64,000 nt of DNA from Bugula neritina (Eukaryota; Animalia; Bryozoa). The translations under genes were made by a program, and so were the position numbers. Numbering within the stretch: position 1 is the stretch's first letter; each line of letters begins with the position of its first letter. Location of the stretch: positions 7,946,698 through 8,010,697 of the forward strand of contig OZ037765.1 in NCBI GenBank assembly GCA_964035545.1, read 5' to 3'. Below are positions 1 to 12,300 of the stretch, one piece after another. Below the pieces are notes generated by a model, which worked only from the letters and a program-made list of their open reading frames with translations, was not told the origin of the DNA and did no database searches.

Positions 1-1
1 C

Positions 2-3000
2 CCTCCTACTATCCATGCTCATTCATCTACCGATCAGGTATTTACAATAATCATGCTAATCAGCTGGACATTTTTTTCTCTAATTATCTCACAAGTTTCA
101 AGCAATAATTATCTTCATTTGTTTCATATGTTCATTATTTTTATATAGTTTTTAATAAAAACATCTAATTTCAATGAATAAGTATTAAAGAAAGTGTTTA
201 ATATCTAAAACTGTAAAGTAAATATAGAGAGTTGAAAAGCTGGCATGAAAAACTACCACTTCAATATTATTTTTGCTCAGTTAATATTACTTAATTTTAT
301 CACCACAAATAGTATTTAATAAGCTGTTGTAATTAGTTTTTTTACTGTCAAAGTAACTTTAAATGGCAGCAGCTAAAAATTTTTCCACAGTTTTTTCAAA
401 TTATAAATTAAATTAGCAGAAAATATTTTATTGGATATTTCACAGCAGCACTTGATTTTTAAAAAAATTGATCAGTTTTTACAGCAGGCTAGTTGTATGT
501 GCTGTGTGTTTGTGTATTGATAGACGGCTGCTTCACAAACAGACTCGAAAAAGAAAGGTCTAGGTGACAGAGGAGCCAAGAAGCTATCAAAAGAGTTGAA
601 AGCTATTCCAAGGTTACATTTTGAAAATTATATAATATTACAACGTTCTTGTCAGATTTAAGCACACTGGACAAATTGCACTCTATATTTTGCATGTAAG
701 CTTGAGTATGGGCAATGGCTAAGTAAAAGTAGCTCAGCCAAACACCCTTCTCTGATCAATACAACCTGTTTAATTGTTTGCATTCCTGTCCAACTGTGAG
801 TAAACATTGTGGTTATTGTTTTGCTCAATAAAACTTGAGCTAGGTCATGATTTTATTTCAAAGCAAAGCAGATTTTGTTGGGTTCATTGAGGAAAAATTT
901 TCTTGAAGTAAAATATATTTTATTTAAGTATAATTAAAGGCTGCTACAGCAATGTAAATATGCTGTAACATTTACTATTTTTCCCATCTACAGTGAGAAA
1001 GGGATTTCTTCTGAAGTTAGGTCAGTCAGTGATGGAATTGTGTGCACTTGTGGTTACTGCAGTTCTGATACATTTAGCCCTAGATCTAGCCCACATAACC
1101 CATCAAGTATGCACCTACCGAAATCTGGTAAGCCTACATTTGTGTTGATCCAGACTGGCTCATTTGTAATACTGAATTTACAAAACTATTTTAGCCACAG
1201 TGTAGGCACAGTGCAGGAGTTGTATGTTTTGGCAAATTAATTTTACTATTCATTTTCTGAGCCGTGTCTTTAATTAACTGGCTGTCTCTCCAAATTATTA
1301 TGTTAGACTTCAAGCCAGGCTAAGTACTATGGGTACGAGCTTGCCTGCAAGTATAGAGATTCTCTTTAGGCATTTTTTTGGCTACACACCATTATTTTAT
1401 TTACCTAAACTGACATGTTACCGAGAACTACTTATATAGTATAGTCCAAGTAGTTTGCTGGTTGTGTGTTTGCGATGTTTTTAATTTAATTTTGCTACGT
1501 AGTATAAGAAGAGTGTTTTGATGCAAGCTGCAGTAACAGCAATGCCACTTGTTCAATATCAGATACTGCTATCAATTATTACAGCAGCATATTAATAAAG
1601 TAGTTGGTATGGCACTAACACTACTCAACTATCAATATAAGTACAGCTAAAATTCAAACTTGAAATTATAATGATAGATTCAATAATAGACATATTTTCT
1701 AATATATAATCATATAGTAATGATAATATATTTTTGAAACAAAACCTTCAATTACCTGAATGTTACTAAAAACAATATATATTGCCACTTCTTATGTTTC
1801 TTGAATAGCTTCACAAGTTTTACTTATGTTGCAGACTCAAGTCACCACTGTCCAAAATCATTGCATTGCAACCAAAAGGCTGGGAACACACAGGTGAGAA
1901 AACGGAGCACAACAGTATGTTGTGTGGCTAATTTTGTTGCATGAGGGAAATAATTTGATAAAGTTCATGTTATCCTTTTATATGGATTTCCAGTTATTAG
2001 CTTTGGTTGATACTTGTTTTAGAATTGGGAGTTGTCTGCTGTTGAAATCAAGCAAAGTTTATCATCACATGCCGTAGTCAATCCATCATTCAAGAGCTCA
2101 AATCGTAGTACTTCAAATGTTAGTACTTATGATGAAGGAGTGGAACAGAGCATGGGGAACTCATTGCTACCTTACCATATTCATCCATCACCATTTCCTT
2201 CCAAATCAGAACCCGGTATCACTGTTGTATCCATCAACCCTCAACTACCACCCTCACACAATGATTCATTTGCGACTAACTCTGAGCCTATCAGACACAC
2301 TGCTAACAAGTCTAACAGCAGACAGTATAATAAGGTCTCAAACCGTAAAGAGTTTCATATGCGGCAGCATGGGCCACTTCGACAGCGAAGTGAACCTGGT
2401 TTATCAAGTGCACCTGCAGGGCACAGGCAGCAAACTGTTGAGGAAATACAGATGAAATTGCGCATGAAGCAAGCAATGTCAAAGAAACAATTGGACGGCG
2501 AAGCACCAGAGGACCAATTATCAGCTAAACCTCCTGTGAATTCTCAGGTTGTCAATGAACCGCAATCCTCTCCTCAGGGTCCTAATGAGTCAGCTCAAAC
2601 GTTATCTCAGAGTGATAACAGACTTAATATGAAGTCACAAAATGCTCATTCTTTAAAATCTAAGTTACAGAAACCTCCTTTTAATAAACCTTCATCTATG
2701 AATGTTTCCCCAAATTTACCTTCAAATGCGCCCTTGCATAACATTCGTCCGATGGGACCCCCAAATTTACCGTCTGGCATGCCATCAAATTTCCTTCCAA
2801 ATATGTCACCGAATCTGCCTCCACCTCACCATTTTCCTCACAGTCCGAACATGTACAGAAGCTCTGCTCCACATAGCCCTCATTCAAATTATTCCAATCA
2901 AGTTCCTAGTCCAGGAGCATTATCTGTGCACACAGGACTTCCTCCTCAAACTTCGCTAGTCACTTCTCAACAGCTGGATAAAAGCAGTGCAGATGTGCCG

Positions 3001-5253
3001 GAAGACAGTGGGGCCAGTAAATCTGGCCATCCTGGAGTGACCAGATCCAACACCTCCCCTCAGCCCACTGTTACAGAATCTCGTGCCGGTGTGTACTACT
3101 TAAGTTATATAACTTGAAACTTGAGTTATTTGACTTGAAACATGAGTTATTTGACTTGAAACATGAGTTATTTGACTTGAAACCTGAGTTATTTTACTTT
3201 AAACTTGGGTTATTTGTCAAATGTTGGCTATAAACGGAAAGGATAATACTTGAGATGTGTTGTTGTTGTAGATGCCAGTGAGGAAACTGCTGTTGAACGT
3301 GAGTCGAGTCCAAATGGCAGTGCCAGCTCAACATCTACGTTGGTTATACAGCCTACTCCTTACATGCAACCCGCTCCTCTGGATACTTGTCAGGAACTCC
3401 ACTATTTTGCTTCTATGAATGGATATTCTAAACCATATGCTTACATTTCTCCAGACTTGGAACGACTTGGGACCCTATCATGTATAGTAACCGCTATACT
3501 TTGTATTCCATGAATATTGTGACTTCTTAGTGTAAATAGTTGTACACTTGTCTGTGCCAACTGTATGTTTCAGTTTCCTATTTCATAGCAGTGTAAGTTC
3601 TGTGTATGTCAATATATTAGCTTCATACCAACCTATTTGCACTTAATTACAGGTCCGGATGGAAACTACAATCTACCTTGTTATTGTCCGAATTGCATGC
3701 AGTATTACATATCTATAGCTGCCACACCTCAGCCAAGAAATAGCCCTTCTCTGGGAAGGACTGCTTCAGCACCACCACAAATGCCTCCCCCACAGAATGG
3801 TCTTATATATGCTGGGTGAGTATGCAATGATTAGTTGAATTGTCACCAGTCATTTCATCTTTCATTTACCTAATACACATACAAAATATTAACTTTTACG
3901 TTCAATATTATTTCGTTCAAAAAACATGGATTGGAGCTAATAAATTGACTCTATATGCAATTGAATGCAAAAAGTAGAAAATCTTTTTATTTGTTGTGTA
4001 ATGCTGTTCTTATCAGTGAAACCTTGAGTTTTGCTTATCATTCAAAACTAAGTGGTTTAGTTGAAAAACTGTTAGTTTCTAAGTTCTAAAACAAACTGCA
4101 GCTCTTATAAGTATGTTGCTGTTGCTTTTTTTGTTGCTGCATTTTTCAAAGGTCGTATAATCATTACAAGACTGTTATTTTACTTGCGAGGTTAATTCAA
4201 GAAATTGTTTTTGCTTTGCTAAAATTGAATGTAACTTTCAATAGTGAATAACAAATTTTAAGTGATTTGGTTCTGCTTGAACCTGCTGATAATTTAATGC
4301 TGCAAAATTACTTCTTGTAGATTTTCTCCTACAAGTTATTTCTTACAGATACATACGGTTTAATTATAATTGTTGGTTCAAAAATCTATTTCCTACATAA
4401 TGCTAAATGAACTTGAAAACTAAACTTGGTAGATTGTAACTATTTTTGCTCCAACAATAAAGTTAATCTTTGATCTTTGACTTTTAGAAACATTGTGATT
4501 AAAGAAGCAAGGATAGCATCAATTTTGTAGCTACTTATTTTTGTTTCAAGTAAATTGTAATTTTTCTAATAATTTATCTGTTGTAGTTTTCCTGGGGCTT
4601 TTGTGTCGACATCTAATGGTTTAATAACTCCCAGCATTCCAAACCTCAACAGATGCAACACTGCCGGCCCCAATGGTATTATACCCAGAAATGATGTGAT
4701 GTATCAGCAGCCAATGCCCTTGATGGCGCCCGGTGCTACTAGACCAAGTTACCACGCTGCTCCTGCTAATGCTGTTGGCGGTGGTCCTACTCATGTGATA
4801 TTACCTCCTACTTCATACCCAATTACACAAGGCTATCAGTTCTATACACCACCACCTGGCGCTGCGTCTAACTATCCTGTTAAAAGGAGAATACATTGTA
4901 GCAACTGTGGTCTACCTAACCATACATTTAATGAATGTCCAGAGCCTTTTGATTCTACCAGTGGCCGTAAGTGGGCTTATCATAAAAATCAGCTAGTCAT
5001 TCATATTGCCAGCTGAATAAATCTTAATGACTAAAAATATATTTGTAAAAATATAATCAGCAAAGATGTATAGTTAGTTATTTCTAATTGCATCTTTATA
5101 AATATCTTTCTATTTGTCTTCAAATTGTTGGCTGTTGTAAACATTTTGCAGAATCATGGTGTTTATTAACATGCACAAAGGGTAACTCCCTATTTTATTA
5201 TTGTAGAAGACTATCAGCTAGATTTCACTTCCCAGCCTGATCCCGAAATATAG
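2..5253 (+). CDS. ZCCHC14/ZCCHC2-like zinc-knuckle protein, 3' part (5' end lies outside the window)
   Basis: Phase-consistent exons 2-37, 524-612, 994-1127, 1835-1893, 2023-3088, 3272-~3481 (donor uncertain), 3653-3815, 4587-4966, 5207-5253. They encode a long P/S/N/Q-rich low-complexity region, Cys clusters (CTCGYC, CYCPNC), and a single C-terminal CCHC knuckle CSNCGLPNHTFNEC followed by a short tail QDYQLDF...EI*. This architecture matches the ZCCHC14/ZCCHC2 family. AATAAA at 5692 and 5831. Confidence 0.7.
3098..3217. repeat. Intronic 21-bp tandem repeat, about 5.5 copies
   Basis: Unit ACTTGAAAC(A/T/C)TGAGTTATTTG repeated directly after the splice donor at 3089. Confidence 0.9.
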
Positions 5254-6385
5254 CTGGTTACAGATCATGCCATGCCAGCTCTCTACTATAGCAATATGAG
5301 ATTCGTCATTCGCTGACTACATTTTTTATAACTTGCATAGCATTTTAGTGAAAGTTTCTTTTAAACAATGACCTTACTCTTCCTGTTTCAACTTTTTAGG
5401 ATTTAGACATAGATGGAGGTTGGTTCACCTACCTATGGAGCATTTATTTATAGTCCTGCCCATTTTGCGGTTTATTTACAATTGTATAGTCATTAGTATA
5501 TAGATAGTTTGTAATATAAAGAATCTAAATCTTCTATGTACCATATTCACTCAAGTGTTCTATTTCATGCAAATATCCATCAAAAGTTTCAACTAACTTT
5601 ATTATACAACAAGTCTAAATTCAATAGATGACTGTGTTGGTTATTTCCACATAAATATTATTTCTGTAAGATTTAAGATTGAAGCGTGTCAAATAAAATT
5701 TAGATTATAAATTCAGTAATGCTCACAGTGATGGTATTCTTGTGCAACTCTGTTGTGCTCAACTACAGTTGTTCCACCTCTATTGCTCCTTGTTCTATGG
5801 TGCTATTAGTATAAAGTTATCACTTATAGTAATAAAGTTAAATATTTTTCTCGTCTCGTCCTCCATCACTGACTTCAACATGTGAAATTTGGGAGTGTAA
5901 ATTTTATTTCTGTTATTCTAGTGTTTATTATACTTAGTCATGTATCAAAGAAATTTACTGATTGTATATATGCAGTATTACAGTTTTCTCTCTGTCGATG
6001 CAAATATTTAACATAAGACGGTGATAATTTTATTTGATACTTAACTTGTATTATTTTCTTGGTGTTTTATGCAAATGTTATGCATCATTTATACTAGAGT
6101 TGCTTTAAGCAATCAAATATGTACTTCTATAATATGTATTTAATTAAATTAAAAGTTCAAATATACTATTCAAGTAACCATTAGCAGGTCTTTTTGTGCT
6201 GTAGCAGTATTTTTCAAATAGTTTTATTCAAATCTAGATATGCAACTAGCAAGAGCTTTTATAGGACAAATGTTATAAATATATATTTGGCAGCTTTTTT
6301 CAAATTTTATTCAGGCAAGTAGGTCTATGAAGTGTCAAGGATCGTAGTTGGCAAAAGTTGATGAGGAGAATCATTCAATTATTTA

Positions 6386-6729
6386 GCCTAGGGCCACACT
6401 GTGCGTATTTTCGCATGCGAAAATTGAAATCACAAGTAGCAAAGGTGTCCACTGTAGCGTCAGTGATGCGTGATAAATAAAGCTTTCATTTTTAAATCGC
6501 ACTCGCTTTCAATAAAACGCAATTTACTGGAATGTAGCACTAAAATAAAGAAATTGGGCTCGCTGAATAACTACCAGCCAATTAGGTGACGACGACAGAG
6601 ACGATTCGCACTTGCGTTGAAAATGCAGAGCGACAAGTGCGAATGTTTTCTCAACGCGCACAGTGGACACCTTTGCTACTTGTGATTTCAATTTTCGCAT
6701 GCGAAAATACGCACAGTGTGGCCCTAGGC
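6386..6729. mobile_element. PIF/Harbinger (Tourist-like) MITE
   Basis: About 70-bp perfect terminal inverted repeats (GCCTAGGGCCACACTGTGCG...GTCCACTGT). TTA on both flanks (6383-6385 and 6730-6732). No coding capacity. Confidence 0.85.
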
Positions 6730-8120
6730 TTAATGGCTTCAACCTTCGCAAAAATGTGTAACTAGCAATAGTAATAAGAAAAGGCCTTTTAAAATGCATA
6801 AGTAATGATTCCTAAGCAGTGTTGGAACTTCTATCTATCTGCAGTACCAATCTGCGTACAGTGTTGACTAAAATGACATTCACTTCCATTGAAGTGAAAT
6901 AAATAACCATATCAGTATTTACTTCTACTGAAGACCTCTAGAGGTCAGATAGTATGTTGGTCTTGAGCGCATTTTGTAAGTAAATATTAATCAAACAAGA
7001 AGAATCTATCTTTGTGGATACTTGTACTACTTATCTTAGCTTTTACTATTGAAAACATCTTTGCGTGTTGGTAAATTGCTATACAAGACACTTTTAGCTT
7101 TATTGGTTACTGCATGTCAACTTGTATCCTATCAAAAGGTTGATAATATGCCACCTATATAATTATAGGCATTGAGGTGTAAATGAAAGTTTGTTTATAA
7201 AAACAGCTCAAATTTATTTGCTATACAACAAAAGGCATACATAATATGATGTCTTTTTGCGATAGTCCATACACCAACAGACTTAACTCAGGACCATTGA
7301 GCCCAGGTTATTGCATGGGTCAAACATCTTGTTATTAGCTAAAAGTAGATAATTTGGTCATGTACTGATCTTCATCATCATAAGTGCATAATTATGGAAA
7401 CTGTCAATTATAAGTTAAGATTACTTGGCTTTATACTCTTATTTAAACTATTTACTCGAAAATTCACCATCTAAAAGTACAAATTGACAGTTTTAGATTT
7501 GTAGTGAAAGCAGTACTTACTCCAAAGTCCAACTCTTTTATTTCCAAATAAGCAGTCTGGATCCAAAAATTTGTCATTCGTTATGACTCTGGCTTGTATG
7601 ACTACAAGTATGGCTAACAAGATTGCTAGAAACAGCTTCATCTCTGTGGTTCTGTGTGGGACTTTCTGCTAAAGATGTTAACTGAAAATGATTTGAAGTA
7701 ACTGCTGTGTTTCCAGATGTTAACATACATCATAGATAAGAGGAACACCTGTTGCTTTACCATTATAAATCATGCCATAGTAATATGGTTACTTGATCAC
7801 AATCTCCAGAACCTAGATGCATGCTACTAGTATAACAGTGTAGATTTTATATTTCCGGGGTATTAATAGAATTTAATTACAAATCTTGTGCAACATGTGA
7901 TATCTTAGTCATGTTAATAAAATTTCTACCAATATTAGTCCTACACCATACCTCATTTAAAGGGTATGGTAAATTACACCATCTAATATTCCTATGTTAA
8001 TAGTTGTTGTTACTATTGTGGCAAGAGAGTCTGTGGAAATATTGTATTACAGTTTATGTTGGCAGCTAGCTCCCTATATATAATTTTGGCAAATAAAAAT
8101 TGCATAAAGATTGTGCTGTA

Positions 8121-8230
8121 TGGAGCGCCAAATGATCAAAAATTCCCTTATTATTGCATCTCATATGCTTATAATATAATAAGCATATGAGATGCAATAA
8201 TAAGCAAATTTTTGACCATTTGGCACTCCA
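8121..8230. mobile_element. 110-bp foldback/hairpin MITE, Mutator-like
   Basis: Near-perfect palindrome TGGAGCGCCAAATG...CATTTGGCACTCCA with a loop of about 8 nt. Flanked by the direct repeat TTGTGCTGTA (8111-8120 and 8231-8240). Confidence 0.8.
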
Positions 8231-9394
8231 TTGTGCTGTATTTGCCCTTATATTTTGCCAAGTGAAGGCAAACCTACCATTTTGGCATATGAAGACTCAT
8301 TATGAAGAACAAAATAATGAAATTTGAAATAACTTCAATGTACTTTTGTATTGGTGCAATAATTTGATGATCAAATTTATTTTGCAGCTTTCTAACTATG
8401 AACTTTGCAAACAATTTCTAATTAGTCAATCAATTAGGCTATAAATTTTGGAGAATTTATTATAATATAATGAAATAAAGGCATAAATTACAGATGCTCA
8501 CAATTTAGTGTTTTCTATACTTTGCATATTAACTAATGTTCATCAGTGATAATCCAAATTCTAGCAACACATGTACATGCAATACTGTGCAAACAGCATA
8601 CATGCTAATAAGCCAACAATCTTAAGCAATTATATCATAGCAGCATGAAAAGGATCAAATATACTCCAAGGAGATGTCATCTTACACATTTATTGTCTAT
8701 GCCTTTCATAATGAGTGCAACTCTATACGCTGAGTGCCAGTCTGGTATGAAATTTTGCTGTTGAGTAAAATCAAAGGTATAGATAGATATTTCAGGCTCT
8801 TGTGTTACTGTAAACTCATCCAAATAACACCAAATTAGAATTAGGTCTGAATAGATAGATATACCTAGCAATTGTTACACTAATTAGTCCCTGGCAGGGG
8901 TACTACTATGCTATGCTATGCTAATGATTTAACAATGTACGTAACAACAAACCAAGTTGTAATATTTCATGCTGCAAGCAGGCTTTAATTGTATAAAAAA
9001 AACACCTTTAGAGCTAAATTATAATAATCATTAATTCTTTGAAAAAGTGTTTCAAGCTTATAGGTAAAACTCATGCTGATTAATTTACATTTTAAAAACT
9101 AAACTTTCTGTTTTAATACTATTGCAACTTATTGGTACTTGTTTTTTGTAATGTTGCCAATATGATACTTTGTAGTTCATTGCGATCTGTAATTTGAACT
9201 ATTTTGTAGGCCTGAGGGAAGATAACTCTAGGCACTTATACAATCTGTTTTCCTATTGGTCGAAAAGTTAAGCATCATTACATCACAATAGCTGCTAAGA
9301 AATGATGTAAGATAATTGGATATAGCATAGCAGCACTGCTGTGAAGGCACACTTGTGCAGTATTTTTAAGATGTGCAGCAAGTAATAGCGTATC

Positions 9395-12300
9395 ATGTGG
9401 CTACTGGGGTATTTGTTTCTATTGCAGCTTGCTCTCTGCCAGTCTCAATATTATCTGGAGAATCAGGTATATAATATAACTTTACTTCTATCTGCTCTGC
9501 TTAATCATTCCAGAAATGTTTTATGGTGCTTAAATTGCCTCTTCTGCTTTGGCAAAATAGTTGCTGCACCTCTATTTGTTGCTTTTTATCTAATTAATGC
9601 TGTCTTTTTGCAACAATAATTAAAATATTATGTCTATAAACAATTTCGTTTAAAGATAAATGTAGCTTTCTTTTATCTTTTCTATCTTTTTTAGCAATCA
9701 GTAGTCTTTTCCTAAATATCTTGTTGCACAGACAAAAATCTGACTTTACTCGTAAGATGCACCAAAAATATAACTTATAAACAATAATTGCAGCCTGTTA
9801 AAAAATAATCACCTATTTTAGCATATATCATGGCATGAATAAAAGTCATATAGGTCAATCATACAAGTGTAGCTACTTGTGCTGTTCAAGTCTTATAATA
9901 TAACATATACATTAGTGCAGAAAGACATAATATTATGCTATTATAGTATACTATAGTACTACCCAGCTTGAAACATTCTCAAAATTATTTCAACATATGA
10001 ATTAGTGGCTCTATAGTCTATAGAGTCATAGATCAGAATCATAGTATTTGCTGTCTTTACATAAGGCAGCATTTGCCGTAGCAATTACTATTAAAATATT
10101 TAAGCTTTATGTTAATTATATATTATACACAAATAGTTTGTTTAAATACATGAAACTGGAGATGGTGAGCCAACAATTTCGTGAATCGGGTTTGTTTGAA
10201 AAGGATTAAAATTGTTTGAAAAAAGTTTGCTTATGAGATTTATAAGCTTCAAATTAACACGTTGACTCTGGTTCGTATATAAAGGCTATTGTTAGAGGTC
10301 AATATGATATTACATGTTTTTTATATAATCTACTGCTACTACCAACCTTATATGATGCATAGTATATAGTATGTGCTCCTATACACTTGTTAGTTACTAA
10401 AATCTATAACATGAAGTACTCCCTAATTTTACAAACTACAGATTTTATATTAGTATTATTTAATTATCTTGTATCATCTAAAATTGCTTTGTTATCCATT
10501 TTGCTATATATAAACAAAACACAGTAGTTGTAAACAATGGGTTGGCTACAATTTATTTTGAAAGGGTAAAATTGTTTGTAGCTACAATTTGAGGGAGGGT
10601 TACAACGACTTGGTATTTTTAAAGCTCTAAGATCTCCAATACACTTTTATGCAATTCCCACAAAATGCTTCACTGAAACCTCAAATAAACCAAAGCTAAT
10701 AATGAGACAAAAAAGTTGCTAACTGGTTTTTTCAACAAATATGTTTGAAGCAGCTGTTTTATTATAATATATTGTCACATAGGTGATAGGGTGTGATGGT
10801 GTTATTGGATCTGGTAAAGTGGTGGACAGATGTGGAGTCTGTGGTGGTCAGAGCAACAGCTGTAGAGTCGTCAGTGGGATATTCACCAAGAAAACTAGCA
10901 AAGCAGCTTATGAATATATAACAGAAATACCAATTGGTGCCAGCAACATTAACATCACCGAAGGAAGGAACACCAGAAACTATTTAGGTGAAATGTCTAT
11001 ATAAATTTGTGTGTGTGTGTATTTGTGTGTGTGTGTTGTGTGTGTTGTGTGTGTGTTGTGTGTGTGTGTGTGTGTGTGTGTTGTGTGTGTTGTGTGTGTG
11101 TTGTGTGTGTGTTGTGTGTGTTGCAGACAACTGTATAATTGTAATAACTTGGTAAAAAGATCATTTATTTACATCATTACTGTGCACCCGTAGGATTTTT
11201 ATTGCTATTATTTCATTGTTGCTGCTTTCAGTAATGCCACCATGCTTTTGGTGACTCTACTGACCATCAGGGTTACTAGTGGACCAATGACAATGCTCTA
11301 TATTTCTTATGCACTTTGCTAAGCTTTGGTAATTTGCTTGTATTTAAGCAGCACTTAATCTTACATTTAGCCTCAAACGTTCCAAAAATAAGGAGAAAAC
11401 ATTTAGTATAAGGTTTTTCATGCGTGGGTTATTTCCAATGCCAATAGGTTCTACTGGAATTTTCTATGGCCTTAAAACTTCAACAAAAAATTGTAAGTTG
11501 CAAGAGTATGCGTGTCTATGATATAGTTAAGGCTGTCCATTTTACCTAAAACCAGAAAGGATAATTTGTTTCGTCAATTCCTGGAGTTAATTTACGTCTT
11601 GAATAAAAACGCTATCTCACAATGCTCAGCGTAAAGTCAGTACAATGACTAACTGACTAGCATGTGGCACAACTCCCAAACCGTTCATAATTATAACTGT
11701 GTTTAGATTAAAAAATGTCAATTAGTGGGTCAGTAAGAACATGTATGTAATAACGATATGTTCCCCTCCGTTGCTGTGTTTACAATGAGCCAGGCTTCTC
11801 ATAAGTATTATGGCTGTTGGAAAAGCACCAAATCATTTTTCTCCTATAAAGTTCATTCAGTAATATTAATTATGTAACAAGCAGAGCAAGAATGCAATCA
11901 ACTAGATGAGTGTAACTGTGTAAAAGTGGCATTGACATAGCACAGAAGCTGGTCTAATTTTATGCAAAGATACTTGCACTGGCCACTATAACAATACTGG
12001 CAGTAATCTAGTTATTATCCGTATTATGCAACACTATATATTTACATAGCTTTGTCTGGCCAATAAATTATATACATTATATCATCTTATTTTTGCTCCA
12101 TGTTCTCTGCTAAGCCCATGTTAACATATTAGCAGAAGGGCCTACTGTTTTATATTAATATATAGTATACTCTCCTATCTAGTGCTGTGCTAAGTATAGC
12201 AAGAATGTTACCTAGACAATGCTGTTGACTATTTGACTTAGCAATGTGGACAATAAGATTCCTTATGTTTTCCCCTTGTAAGAAAATACATGAGTACAAT

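Noticed and set aside
2117-2959. Alternative-frame and antisense ORFs within the large ZCCHC exon
   Set aside because: They are shadow ORFs of a GC-richer coding exon.
6524-6799. 91-aa ORF as a possible transposase remnant
   Set aside because: It runs across the MITE TIR into flanking DNA and has no DDE or Myb-like motifs.
11011-11193. Cys/Val-rich ORF resembling a metallothionein
   Set aside because: It is a translation of a TG microsatellite inside an intron.
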